From Macrostomum lignano (taxonomy: Eukaryota): a stretch of DNA of 64,000 nucleotides. Below, piece by piece: positions 11,701 through 25,400 of the stretch. The notes beneath the pieces were generated by a model. That model worked only from the letters and a program-made list of their open reading frames with translations. It made no database searches and was not told where the DNA came from. The stretch lies in assembly GCA_002269645.1 (NCBI GenBank), contig NIVC01000222.1:62001-126000 (forward strand), written 5' to 3'. A program made the translations under genes and the position numbers. How positions within the stretch are numbered: position 1 is the stretch's first letter; each line of letters starts with the position of its first letter.

Positions 11701-13402
11701 TCCTAAGCCTCAGGATCTCGAGGGTGGATAATAGATGACGCCATTTTAATGTCTTTCCAGTTCATATAGATGGATTCGATGCGGCAGGGGGATGAGGAAG
11801 TGCAGGTTCCAGAGCTCTCTCGTGGTGCACATTCTACAGGGACTTATTTAGAAGCACTGTTACTGCTATGATTATTTGATTGGGTTTGGCTCATACTCGG
11901 TGATCTCCACTCTGATCCTCAGTTTCTATTCCATGCCTTGTGACAGGCGCACTCTCTACTCACACTTCATAACACGACTAAGAGCAATGGGGGGAGATTC
12001 AAGGGTCGGTCCAGATAAAAAAGTTGCCAGTTCGGGTGCTTTCAGTTATCAGGGAAGGTTCGGTGTCGCGAGAAAACAGAACTGCACGAGGGATTGAAAC
12101 CCAGCGGACAGGAGAGGGGAAGATGCCGCTCAGGGCTCAAGACAAGCTCCTATTTATAGCCCCGAGATCATGTGTCACGCAAGACCGTGACCTGTCCTTG
12201 ACATCCGTTACCAAGCAACTCTGATGAGGTCACCCGCCAGCCGCGCTATGATTGGAGGAGACATTGGGGTGGGGAGAAGCGGAGAAAATTATTGATTATG
12301 GGGGATTATGTAACAGGCGGGGAAAAGCTTGGGCACATATAGGGGGTCGTAAAGCTGTCACATGATTGATTTCGAACAACAGAAAACAGGTGGGGTTGGT
12401 GCTCGGGGGAGCGGGTGGGCGATAAGCAGGAGTCATTGTGATAACTCATCCCAATGAATAATCCCAATGAGTCATCCCAAATGAGTCATCCCAATGAGTC
12501 ATCCCAATGAGTAATCACAATGAGTCATCCCAATGAGTCATCCCAATGAGTAATCACAATGAGTAATCCCAATGAGTCATCCCAATGAGTCATCCCAATG
12601 AGTCATCCCAATGAGTTATCTCAATGAGTAATCCCAATGAGTCATCCAAATGAGTCATCCCAATGAGTAATCCCAATGAGTAATCCCAATGAGTCATCCC
12701 AATGGCTCATCTCGGGGCACAGGTATCACAGAGGAGAAAGGGAGGTAGGATAAAAATTATTGGAGGCCCAGGGCGCTGCTACATTAAATGTAGTGTTTAG
12801 AAGTTTTTGAAATAATTTTTTAAGAGTTAGTTCGTCTACCTCGGTGGTCTGGTCCCCGACGTACGCGAGGATCTGCGTCGTCGCCGCGGGCTTGCCTGGG
12901 CTGCCTTCCGCTCTGTGAGGGCGGTCCTGCAGTCTGAGGCCCTTCCGGACCGCCAGAGGGCGGCTTTGTTTCAGGCGGTAGTCGAAACCGGCCTGCTTTA
13001 CAACGCCGAGACCTGGACGCTGACAGACTCGCTCGAACATCAAGTCGACGCGGCGCACGCTGGCCTGCTGCGCGCCGCCTTCAAGATCGGCGACGAGCGA
13101 GTCACCAACGCGGCACTCTATCGCCGCGACGGCCGGGCCCGTCCAAGTGACCTGCTCCGCCGTCGGTGACTCCAGCTGGCAGGCCACATCATCTGCGCCG
13201 AGTCGTACTGCCCAGAGCCGGTGCAGGAGGTGCTGCTGCTGACACTGCAGGCACCCTACCGGCGAGGACAGGCGCGCACTCGGCGTTTCGTCGTCTGCCT
13301 GCTGGCTGACGCCGGCGCCCCGGACTCTGCCGGCGGAGCGGCCTATGTTCGCACTCTGGCCTTGAGACGCACCCTGTGACACTAGAGACTATCCAGTGTA
13401 TT

Positions 13403-13456
<54 letters not shown>

Positions 13457-16400
13457 GCGGAAGGTGGTCTAGGGCTGCCTATGCAGGCAGTCCAAGAACC
13501 TAGCCACCAGATCGCCATCGGCCAAATCCTCCAGTTGGTGTAGGTCCGTCGCGTGCCGAGCTCCGGCCAGGGCCGGACATTCGAGGAAGTGGTCCTTGTC
13601 TTCTAAGAGGTCGCACCGGAGGCATCTGCTATCCTCCCTAGTGCTGATAGTACGCCGTAGAAAGATCGTGACCGGCACGCATTTGAGCTATGGAAACCTG
13701 AAGCGCGCGAGGGCGAGCAGGCATCGAGGGGGTCTTGCTGTAGACCCGCTTCAGCCGGTCATTCAGGAGAGGCTTATAGTTGATGAGACGGCGTATGCGG
13801 CTTCGGGCGGCCTCGATGTCGATCCCTAGAAGGTCCTGGGGGAGCAGAAAGGCGTTCTTTGCCTCGGTGTCGGCTCTCTCGTTACCGGGAGTCCCAGAAT
13901 GACCTGGGATCCACTGCAGGACCACGTCGGCGTGGCTCTCCACCTGCGTCAGCTTGCGCTTGAGCGACTCGAGCAGAGGGTTCAGGGAGTGCTGCCGACC
14001 TTTGAGCGCCGCAATGGCCGATTGGCTGTCGGTGAGGATCAGGGCAGAGTCCTGCTTTGTCTCAAGGATGTGGTCCAGGGCGAGGTGCAGAGCTGAGAGT
14101 TCAGCTTGGAACGAGCTACACCAGCGCCCGGTAGCAGCTCCCTCAATCCAAACCACCTGGCCCGAAGTAGGGGCGACTGCCACACAGGCTGCCCCTCCAT
14201 TCTCCGTTCCTTCGGATGCAGATCCGTCGGTGAAATAGTGGATCTTGCGGTCGCCCCATGATTTAATGGTGTCTTCCGTCGCCGACCGCCTGGTCTCTGG
14301 CGGATCGTTCCTGGAGATCGGCTGAGTCAGGTGTTCCCAAAGGGTGACCCGATCCTCGATTCTCGGAAGCCAGGGCTTGTTTCTGATCCAGTTCGATTCC
14401 CGGCGTGGGCAATGCAGAATCTGCTCGGATTCCAGCTTGGCTTGATCCCGGATCGGGTCGGGTCGGTTGTTGTTGTTGTTTTTTTCTAAAAAACAGAAGT
14501 TTTCCGGTATTTACGGTAACGTTATAATTTTTTGGCTAGCTACTGGAGCAATGATTTTCGTCGGGATAATTATTGTACAAACGATTTTTATTACTTTTAA
14601 CGTAATGACCTCTACACTTCCGTAGTACCTTTTTTAAATTAAAAAGTTCCTAACACACAAAAAACTTTTCTAGAATTCGACGCAAGCTGCGCAACACGTG
14701 GGCAAGTCTGCTAACCGAAGTTCAGCAGTGGCTGACGCAGTTCTACTCCGACTATTTGCAGAAGCTGCTCAGCAATGACACCGTGGTGAGCTGTTTAACG
14801 CTGACTAAAATCTGTTTCAAACGTAGTTTCTTTTTAACTATAATAAGATTTTATCAGACAGTAAGCTCTTCATTGCACCCTTATAGACTGCGGAGCCATC
14901 AGCTCAGCTGACATTCCTGAACTTTCTCACCCAGCTGGAGGAAGCCCTCAGTGACGGCCTACTGGGAGACGAGGGCCAGCAGCGCAGTCAGCTGGTTGAA
15001 GCGGTTCAAGCCGTTCGAGACCGACTCGTGCTCAGTTGTGAGTTATTCATGCTGATAATTACGTTTCAAATAATCTACCTAACGGGGATGGGCTTTAAGG
15101 TACCAAAGGACTCCAGTAATTCAATCTGAGAATTCAATCAAACTCCAGTTCAAAGAGCACTGCACGGTATTTTCAATTGAAGAGGCATCCTTCTACGAGT
15201 AGTTGAGTGGTCGCCAGCACTAGGGGCTTTAGCACCAGGGGCTTTAGTACCAGGGGCTTTAGCACCAGGGGCTTTAGCACCACGGGCTTTAGCACCAGGG
15301 GCTTTAGCACCAGGGGCTTTAGCACCACGGGCTTTAGCACCACGGGCTTTAGCACCACGGGCTTTAGCACCAGGGGCTATAGCACCAGGGGCTTTAGCAC
15401 CAGGGGCTTTAGCACCAGGGCTTTAGCACCACGGGCTTTAGCACCACGGGCTTTAGCACCACGGGCTTTAGCACCAGGGGCTTTAGCACCAGGGGCTATA
15501 GCACCAGGGGCTTTAGCACCACGGGCTTTAGCACCACGGGCTTTAGCACCGCGGGCTTTACCACCACGGGCTTTAGCACCACGGGCTTTAGCACCAGGGG
15601 CTTTAGCACCAGGGGCTTTAGCACCAGGGGCTTTAGTACCACGGGCTTTAGCACCAGGGGCTTTAGTACCAGGGGCTTTAGCACCAGGGGCTTTAGCACC
15701 AGGGGCTTTAGCACCACGGGCTTTAGCACCAGGGGCTTTAGCACCAGGGGCTTTAGCACCACGGGCTTTAGCACCAGGGGCTTTTACACTGGAGACTTTT
15801 ACACGGGCTTTAGAATTCAATGTCCAGGTATTAAAAATCACATAGTCGAGAAAACTTTCTGGTCACTTTCGCAAACTTTAAGTTTTATAATCTTGAAATT
15901 CTAATTCTCTTCAATGCTGTCGAGTTTTGAGCTATCAGAAGTTAACGGCGAGCTTTTTCGACTTGCTTGCTGAAACGCCCCCACACCGTTTCATCATTGC
16001 AGCGCCGGACCAGAGTTCGACGGTTCGCTCGAGCGACGCCGTTCTGCTTCGATCTTTGCTTGAGAAGCTGCTTGAGCACATGCGAAACTGGAAATGCCTC
16101 AACGAGCAGTTGGAATTTTTCAAGCGCGACCACAGCGGGCTAACGGAAGAGTCGGCTCAGATGATGACCGCCATTTCTGTCCTACAGTGAGTTCGGGCCA
16201 ACTCTAGGGGAACTCTTGTGTTGTTGTGATCACGCTTCAGTCTGTTTGTGAGCACGCTCCAGTCTGTTTGTGAGCACGCTCCAGTCTGTTTGTGATCACG
16301 CTCCAGTCTGTTTGTGATCACGCTCCAGTCTGTTTGTGATCACGCTCCAGTCTGTTTGTGATCACGCTCCAGTCTGTTTGTGAGCACGCTCCAGTCTGTT

Positions 16401-19400
16401 TGTGAGCATGCTCCAGTCTATTTGTGAGCATGCTCCAGTCTGTTTGTGAGCACGCTTCAGTCTATTTGTGAGCATGCTCCAGTCTGTTTGTGAGCATGCT
16501 ATAGTCTGTTTGTGAGCATGCTCCAGTCTGTTTGTGAGCATGCTCCAGTCTGTTTGTGAGCATGCTCCAGTCTGTTTGTGAGCATGCTCCAGTCTGTTTG
16601 TGATCACGCTCCAGTCTGTTTGTGAGCACGCTCCAGTCGGTTTGTGATCACGCTCCAGTCTGTTTGTGATCACGCTCCAGTCTGTTTGTGAGCACGCTCC
16701 AGTCTGTTTGTGAGCATGCTCCAGTCTGTTTGTGAGCACGCTCCAGTCTGTTTGTGAGCATGCTCCAGTCTGTTTGTGAGCACGCTCCAGTCTGTTTGTG
16801 AGCACGCTCCAGTCTGTTTGTGAGCATGCTCCAGTCTGTTTGTGAGCACGCTCCAGTCTGTTTGTGAGCACGCTCCAGTCTGTTCCTGAGAACGCTCTAT
16901 ATACGCTCTTATAAGTAACTTCTCAATGAATTTTGCAGGAAAATGCAGGAAGAAAGTGGAAAACAAATGGAAGATCTGCAGACCCGGATGCAGGATTGGA
17001 GTCTCTACTCAACTCGTTTGACAGAGGTCAGAAAATCAACAACAGTTAATCAAAGCGTCCAAGTAAGCAGAAAATTTGACTCAAGTTAAATTTGGATCAG
17101 TTTTGCACATCAAAAACTGTTTTTATTACCTACCCATTTATCTACAGCAGCGTGAAAGCCAGTCACTAGCAGTGCAAGTCACCGGGAGCTCGCAGACAGA
17201 CGGTCAATCGGTAACGAACTCGCAGAGAATGGACACCACCGATCTTCTATTCGAAGGTAGAAGAGGCAGCCTTCGCGACAGTCGCGAGTCTGAGTGGTAT
17301 CCCCTTCTCGAGTCCAGGCCAGTCGACCTAACCAGCATCCGGGATCTGACAGTCGCCAAGGATCAGGTCCGCCAGCAGCTCAGACGTGCGTCAATGAGCG
17401 AGAGCACGCAGACCAAACCGCCCCCAAGGAGTCCGGTGGGGCTCCTGTCTCCCACTTCGAAATCTGTGCAGGCCGGTTATTCGGAATATCGACAGAACTC
17501 TACTCAGGATATTGAGGATCCAGTATTTCGTCAGGCTGTGTACAACTACATTCAAGAGTACGAGTCCGAAGTAAAACGCTACCTGCACGAAAATATTCCG
17601 AGTCCGATAGTGCACTCTCAGTCCGCGTACGCTGCTGCATCGGCATCTGAGGGCCGATCCCAGCTGAGAGTTGGCGTCGAAGAAAAGTTAGAGTACTCGG
17701 AAACGCGAAAGCTTGCAACGGCAATTTCGAGCTCCAATGAAAGCGAAGCGAATGCGACTTCAAGCTCAGGCTCCGGCACCGGTGCTGCTGTTGGAAAAAC
17801 CCAAGCAGTCACGCGCGAGGCTGGCTGTCAAACTGCGCAGATACCAATAGCCAGCACAGGTTGCGATAAGCAGAGCGTGATGGCGGAGAGCAAGATTGCC
17901 TGCCACCTGCACTATACTGTGCAGAATGATCTGTTCTGTCTAGAAATAGAAAGCAGCGACTCAGAGACTCAAACAGATCAGTCTGGCCAAACAGTGGAGA
18001 CGGAAGAGAAACTCATTAAGTACGAAAGCCGGGTTGATGAGAGAGTCGAAAGACAAAGCGTAGACATCGAGATAAAAATCGAAGAGGAGACAAACCGTAA
18101 AAAGCTCATGGCAACTCAACCACCGAGAAAAGTAGAAGTTCAAGATGCCTGCGTAAAAACGACCTGTGAAACAGAGGAATCGGTTTTAGTTGTTAAGCAA
18201 CAAATAAAATATATGCAACTGTCTCAGGAGCTAGTCACTGCCGAACAGGGAGTCAACTGCGTAATCGAAAACCAAATTTCAGATTTTGAGTGTTCATTTG
18301 ACCTGGAATTTGCGGATAGCAGTGTAAATTGCAAAACTGAAGAAAAAACTCAGGAAATCAGCACTTGCGAAGTGCACTATGAGAACCTCTTTAGTGAAGC
18401 CGCACTTCAAACAGATTCTTTCACAGGCGAAAGCAGCATCTCCGTAAGCCCAAATCTTGCGTGCATGAGCGTTGAAATGGAAATTTCAACCGAAGATGCG
18501 TCTGTTTTATGCAAAGAGGAGACAAAAATTCGAGAGTGTTTCTCTTACTTAGAAAAATCTTATAAGGAAAGCAGCACCAAAGCACAGATGACAACGAAAG
18601 ACGTTTCTGTAATAGCCAAACAAGTCGTCAGCGAACTGGGATTTGCTGAAGAAGTGGAAAAAATCAAAGCAGTTAACAGCAACGTAAAATTCAGTAACAT
18701 GCCGAAAATTCTAGAGTGCAACAGCTCGCTTGAATTTATGCACGAAAATGCTGGTGTACGAGCACAGCCGACCGTAGATGAGATGGGCGTCTGTGAGCAA
18801 GTTATGTTCTCTCATGGTGCCATGAGATTCAAGGATGAACCAAAGGTCGAAGAGTGCGCCAGCTCGCTTGAGTTGTTGGTCAAGTCAGGCTTCGTTCGTA
18901 CGAAAACTAAAGTCCAAGAAGCTTCTGTGCAAGTCAATCAAGAAGTCGGAGAGATTGGCGTATACAACGAGGTACTAAGCGCGAGCGAAAACTTAAGATT
19001 CAAGGACGAACCGCAGGTCGAAGAGTGCGCCAGCTCGCTTGAGTTGTTAGTCAAGTCAGGCTTCGTTCGTACGAAAACTAAAGTCCAAGAAGCTTCTGTG
19101 CAAGTCAATCAAGAAGTCGAAGAGATTGGCGTATACAACGAGGTACAAAGCGCGAGCGAAAACGTAAGATTCAAGGACGAACCGAAGGTCGAAGAGTGCG
19201 CCAGCTCGCTTGAGCTTATACACAAAACGACTGGTGTGCGAGCACAGCCAACCGTGGATGAGATGGGCGTTTCTGAGACGCTGCTCACATCAGACGGGTC
19301 GGTACGCTACAAGGAGGAGCCGAAACTCAACGAGTGCTTCACATTCTCCGAGACCTCATTCCTGGAAGGCGCTATCCGAGTAGAGACACTTGTGAAGGAG

Positions 19401-22400
19401 GCTTCAGTTCAAGTGGAACAGCCAGTCGATGGCATGGGCGCCTGTGAGATGCTGCTTACATCAGTCGGGTCGGTACGCTACAAGGAAGAGCTTGAAGTAA
19501 GAGAGTGCTCCTCCTTCCTCGAGACTTCGGTCATGGTCGGCTCCGTTCAAGCAAAACAAGAAGTAGACGGCATGGGCTTCTGTGAGATGCTGCAGACATC
19601 AGACACGACAATGCGCTACAAAGAAGAGCTAGAAGTGAGAGACTGTGCATCGTTCCTCGAGACATCCGTCATGATGGGATCTGTTCGAGTGAAACAACAA
19701 ATAGACGACATGGGCGTCTGTGAGATGCTGCTCACATCAGACGGGTCCATACGCTACAAGGAGGAGCCGAAACTCGACGAGTGCTTCACATTCTCCGAGA
19801 CCACATTCCTGGAAGGCGCTATCAGAGTAGAGACACTTGTCAAGGAGGCTTCAGTTCAAGTGGAACAGCCAGTCGATGGAATGGGCGTCTTTGAGATGCT
19901 GCCCACATCAGACGGGTCGGTACGCTACAAGGAGGAGCCGAAACTCGACGAGTGCTTCACATTCTCCGAGACCACATTCCTGGAAGGCGCTATCAGAGTA
20001 GAGACACTTGTCAAGGAGGCTTCAGTTCAAGTGGAACAGCCAGTCGATGGCATGGGCGTCTGTGAGATGCTGCTCACATCAGACGGGTCCGTACGCTACA
20101 AGGAGGAGCCGAAACTCGACGAGTGCTTCACATTCTCCGAGACCACATTCCTGGAAGGCGCTATCCGAGTAGAGACACTTGTCAAGGAAGCTTCAGTTCA
20201 AATGGAACAGCCAGTCGATGGAATGGGCGTCTGTGAGATGCTGCCCACATCAGACGGGTCGGTACGCTACAAGGAAGAGCCGAAGCTCAACGAATGCGCC
20301 TCATTCCTGGAAACGACTGTCTTGAGTGAGTCCATTCGAGTAAGCCAGAGTGTGAACGACATGGGCTTCTGTGAGATGTTGGAGACATCAGACACGAAAA
20401 TGCGCTACAAAGAAGAGCTAGAAGTGAGAGACTGCGCATCGTTCCTCGAGACATCCGTCATGATGGGATCTGTTCGAGTGAAACAACAAATAGACGACAT
20501 GGGCGTCTGTGAGATGCTGCTCACATCAGACGGGTCCGTACGCTACAAGGAGGAGCCGAAACTCGACGAGTGCTTCACATTCTCCGAGACGACATTCCTG
20601 GAAGGCGCTATCAGAGTAGAGACACTTGTCAAGGAGGCTTCAGTTCAAGTGGAACAGCCAGTCGATGGCATGGGCGTCTGTGAGATGCTGCTCACATCAG
20701 ACGGGTCCGTACGCTACAAGGAGGAGCCGAAACTCGACGAGTGCTTCACATTCTCCGAGACGACATTCCTGGAAGGCGCTATCAGAGTAGAGACACTTGT
20801 CAAGGAAGCTTCAGTTCAAGTGGAACAGCCAGTCGATGGCATGGGCGTCTGTGAGATGCTGCTCACATCAGACGGTTCGGTACGCTACAAGGAGGAGCCG
20901 AAACTTGACGAGTGCTTCACATTCTCCGAGACCACATTCCTGGAAGGCGCTATCCGAGTAGAGACACTTGTCAAGGAAGCTTCAGTTCAAGTGGAACAGC
21001 CAGTCGATGGAATGGGCGTCTGTGAGATGCTGCCCACATCAGACGGGTCGGTACGCTACAAGGAAGAGCCGAAGCTCAACGAATGCGCCTCATTCCTGGA
21101 AACGACTGTCTTGAGTGAGTCCATTCGAGTAAGCCAGAGTGTGAACGACATGGGCTTCTGTGAGATGTTGGAGACATCAGACACGACAATGCGCTACAAA
21201 GAAGAGCTAGAAGTGAGAGAATGCGCATCGTTCCTCGAGACATCCGTCATGATGGGATCTGTTCGAGTGAAACAAGAAATAGACGACATGGGCGTCTGTG
21301 AGATGCTGCTCACATCAGACGGGTCCGTACGCTACAAGGAGGAGCCGAAACTCGACGAGTGCTTCACATTCTCCGAGACCACATTCCTGGAAGGCGCTAT
21401 CAGAGTAGAGACACTTGTCAAGGAGGCTTCAGTTCAAGTGGAACAGCCAGTCGATGGCATGGGCGTCTGTGAGATTCTGCTCACATCAGACGGTTCGGTA
21501 CGCTACAAGGAGGAGCCGAAACTCGACGAGTGCTTCACATTCTCCGAGACCACATTCCTGGAAGGCGCTATCAGAGTAGAGACACTTGTCAAGGAGGCTT
21601 CAGTTCAAGTGGAACAGCCAGTCGATGGCATGGGCGCCTGTGAGATGCTGCAGACATCAGACAGGTCGGTACGCTACAAGGAAGAGCTTGAAGTAAGAGA
21701 GTGCGCATCCTTCCTCGAGACTTCGGTCATGGTCGGCTCCGTTCGAGCGAAACAAGAAGTAGACGGCATGGGCTTCTGTGAGATGCTGCAGACATCGGAC
21801 TCGACAATGCGCTACAAAGAAGAGCTAGAAGTGAGAGAATGCGCTTCGTTCCTTGAGACATCCTTCATGGTCGGCTCCGTTCGAGCGAAACAGGATGTGG
21901 AGGACATGGGCGTCTGTGAGATGCTGCAGACATCAGTCGGGTCGGTACGCTACAAGGAAGAGCTTGAAGTAAGAGAGTGCGCATCCTTCCTCGAGACTTC
22001 GGTCATGGTCGGCTCCGTTCGAGCGAAACAAGAAGTAGACGGCATGGGCTTCTGTGAGATGCTGCAGACATCGGACTCGACAATGCGCTACAAAGAAGAG
22101 CTAGAAGTGAGAGAATGCGCTTCGTTCCTTGAGACATCCTTCATGGTCGGCTCCGTTCGAGCGAAACAAGAAATATACGACATGGGCGTCTGTGAGATGC
22201 TGCTCACATCAGACGGGTCCGTACGCTACAAGGAGGAGCCGAAACTCGACGAGTGCTTCACATTCTCCGAGACCACATTCCTGGAAGGCGCTATCAGAGT
22301 AGAGACACTTGTCAAGGAGGCTTCAGTTCAAGTGGAACAGCCAGTCGATGGCATGGGCGTCTGTGAGATTCTGCTCACATCAGACGGTTCGGTACGCTAC

Positions 22401-25400
22401 AAGGAGGAGCCGAAACTCGACGAGTGCTTCACATTCTCCGAGACCACATTCCTGGAAGGCGCTATCCGAGTAGAGACACTTGTCGAGGAAGCTTCAGTTC
22501 AAGTGGAACAGCCAGTCGATGGAATGGGCGTCTGTGAGATGCTGCCCACATCAGACGGGTCGGTACGCTACAAGGAAGAGCCGAAGCTCAACGAATGCGC
22601 CTCATTCCTGGAAACGACTGTCTTGAGTGAGTCCATTCGAGTAAGCCAGAGTGTGAACGACATGGGCTTCTGTGAGATGTTGGAGACATCAGACACGACA
22701 ATGCGCTACAAAGAAGAGCTAGAAGTGAGAGAATGCGCATCGTTCCTCGAGACATCCGTCATGATGGGATCTGTTCGAGTGAAACAAGAAATAGACGACA
22801 TGGGCGTCTGTGAGATGCTGCTCACATCAGACGGGTCCGTACGCTACAAGGAGGAGCCGAAACTCGACGAGTGCTTCACATTCTCCGAGACCACATTCCT
22901 GGAAGGCGCTATCAGAGTAGAGACACTTGTGAAGGAGGCTTCAGTTCAAGTGGAACAGCCAGTCGATGGCATGGGCGTCTGTGAGATGCTGCCCACATCA
23001 GACGGTTCGGTACGCTACAAGGACGAGCCGAAGCTCAACGAATGCGCCTCCTTCCTGGAAACGACTGTCTTGAGTGAGTCCATTCGAGTAAGCCAGAGTG
23101 TGAACGACATGGGCTTCTGTGAGATGTTGGAGACATCAGACGCGACAATGCGCTACAAAGAAGAGCTAGAAGTGAGAGAATGCGCATCGTTCCTCGAGAC
23201 ATCCGTCATGATGGGATCTGTTCGAGTGAAACAACAAATAGACGACATGGGCGTCTGTGAGATGCTGCTCACATCAGACGGGTCCGTACGCTACAAGGAG
23301 GAGCCGAAACTCGACGAGTGCTTCACATTCTCCGAGACCACATTCCTGGAAGGCGCTATCAGAGTAGAGACACTTGTCAAGGAGGCTTCAGTTCAAGTGG
23401 AACAGCCAGTCGATGGCATGGGCGTCTGTGAGATGCTGCTCACATCAGACGGTTCGGTACGCTACAAGGAGGAGCCGAAACTCGACGAGTGCTTCACATT
23501 CTCCGAGACCACATTCCTGGAAGGCGCTATCCGAGTAGAGACACTTGTCAAGGAAGCTTCAGTTCAAGTGGAACAGCCAGTCGATGGAATGGGCGTCTGT
23601 GAGATGCTGCCCACATCAGACGGGTCGGTACGCTACAAGAAAGAGCCGAAGCTCAACGAATGCGCCTCATTCCTGGAAACGACTGTCTTGAGTGAGTCCA
23701 TTCGAGTAAGCCAGAGTGTGAACGACATGGGCTTCTGTGAGATGTTGGAGACATCAGACACGAAAATGCGCTACAAAGAAGAGCTAGAAGTGAGAGACTG
23801 CGCATCGTTCCTCGAGACATCCGTCATGATGGGATCTGTTCGAGTGAAACAAGAAATAGACGAGATGGGCGTCTGTGAGATGCTGCTCACATCAGACGGG
23901 TCCGTACGCTACAAGGAGGAGCCGAAACTCGACGAGTGCTTCACATTCTCCGAGACCACATTCCTGGAAGGCGCTATCAGAGTAGAGACACTTGTCAAGG
24001 AGGCTTCAGTTCAAGTGGAACAGCCAGTCGATGGCATGGGCGTCTGTGAGATGCTGCTCACATCAGACGGGTCCGTACGCTACAAGGAGGAGCCGAAACT
24101 CGACGAGTGCTTCACATTCTCCGAGACCACATTCCTGGAAGGCGCTATCAGAGTAGAGACACTTGTCAAGGAGGCTTCAGTTCAAGTGGAACAGCCAGTC
24201 GATGGAATGGGCGTCTGTGAGATGCTGCCCACATCAGACGGGTCGGTACGCTACAAGGACGAGCCGAAGCTCAACGAATGCGCCTCATTCCTGGAAACGA
24301 CTGTCTTGAGTGAGTCCATTCGAGTAAGCCAGAGTGTGAACGACATGGGCTTCTGTGAGATGTTGGAGACATCAGACACGACAATGCGCTACAAAGAAGA
24401 GCTAGAAGTGAGAGACTGCGCATCGTTCCTCGAGACATCCGTCATGATGGGATCTGTTCGAGTGAAACAAGAAATAGACGACATGGGCGTCTGTGAGATG
24501 CTGCTCACATCAGACGGGTCCGTACGCTACAAGGAGGAGCCGAAACTCGACGAGTGCTTCACATTCTCCGAGACCACATTCCTGGAAGGCGCTATCAGAG
24601 TAGAGACACTTGTCAAGGAGGCTTCAGTTCAAGTGGAACAGCCAGTCGATGGCATGGGCGTCTGTGAGATTCTGCTCACATCAGACGGTTCGGTACGCTA
24701 CAAGGAGGAGCCGAAACTCGACGAGTGCTTCACATTCTCCGAGACCACATTCCTGGAAGGCGCTATCCGAGTAGAGACACTTGTGAAGGAGGCTTCAGTT
24801 CAAGTGGAACAGCCAGTCGATGGCATGGGCGTCTGTGAGATGCTGCCCACATCAGACGGTTCGGTACGCTACAAGGACGAGCCGAAGCTCAACGAATGCG
24901 CCTCATTCCTGGAAACGACTGTCTTGAGTGAGTCCATTCGAGTAAGCCAGAGTGTGAACGACATGGGCTTCTGTGAGATGTTGGAGACATCAGACGCGAC
25001 AATGCGCTACAAAGAAGAGCTAGAAGTGAGAGAATGCGCATCGTTCCTCGAGACATCCGTCATGATGGGATCTGTTCGAGTGAAACAAGAAATAGACGAC
25101 ATGGGCGTCTGTGAGATGCTGCTCACATCAGACGGGTCCGTACGCTACAAGGAGGAGCCGAAACTCGACGAGTGCTTCACATTCTCCGAGACCACATTCC
25201 TGGAAGGCGCTATCAGAGTAGAGACACTTGTCAAGGAGGCTTCAGTTCAAGTGGAACAGCCAGTCGATGGCATGGGCGTCTGTGAGATGCTGCTCACATC
25301 AGACGGTTCGGTACGCTACAAGGAGGAGCCGAAACTCGACGAGTGCTTCACATTCTCCGAGACCACATTCCTGGAAGGCGCTATCCGAGTAGAGACACTT

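Noticed and set aside
12221-12260. Hammerhead ribozyme (CTGATGAG core)
   Set aside because: No stem II followed by GAAA and no cleavage-site helix could be built.
11858-12315. Solo LTR (TGTTAC...GTAACA ends, TATAAATA on the minus strand)
   Set aside because: The flanks (AGCAC / GGCGG) give no TSD and there is no PBS or PPT. It may be TE-derived but cannot be supported without a library search.
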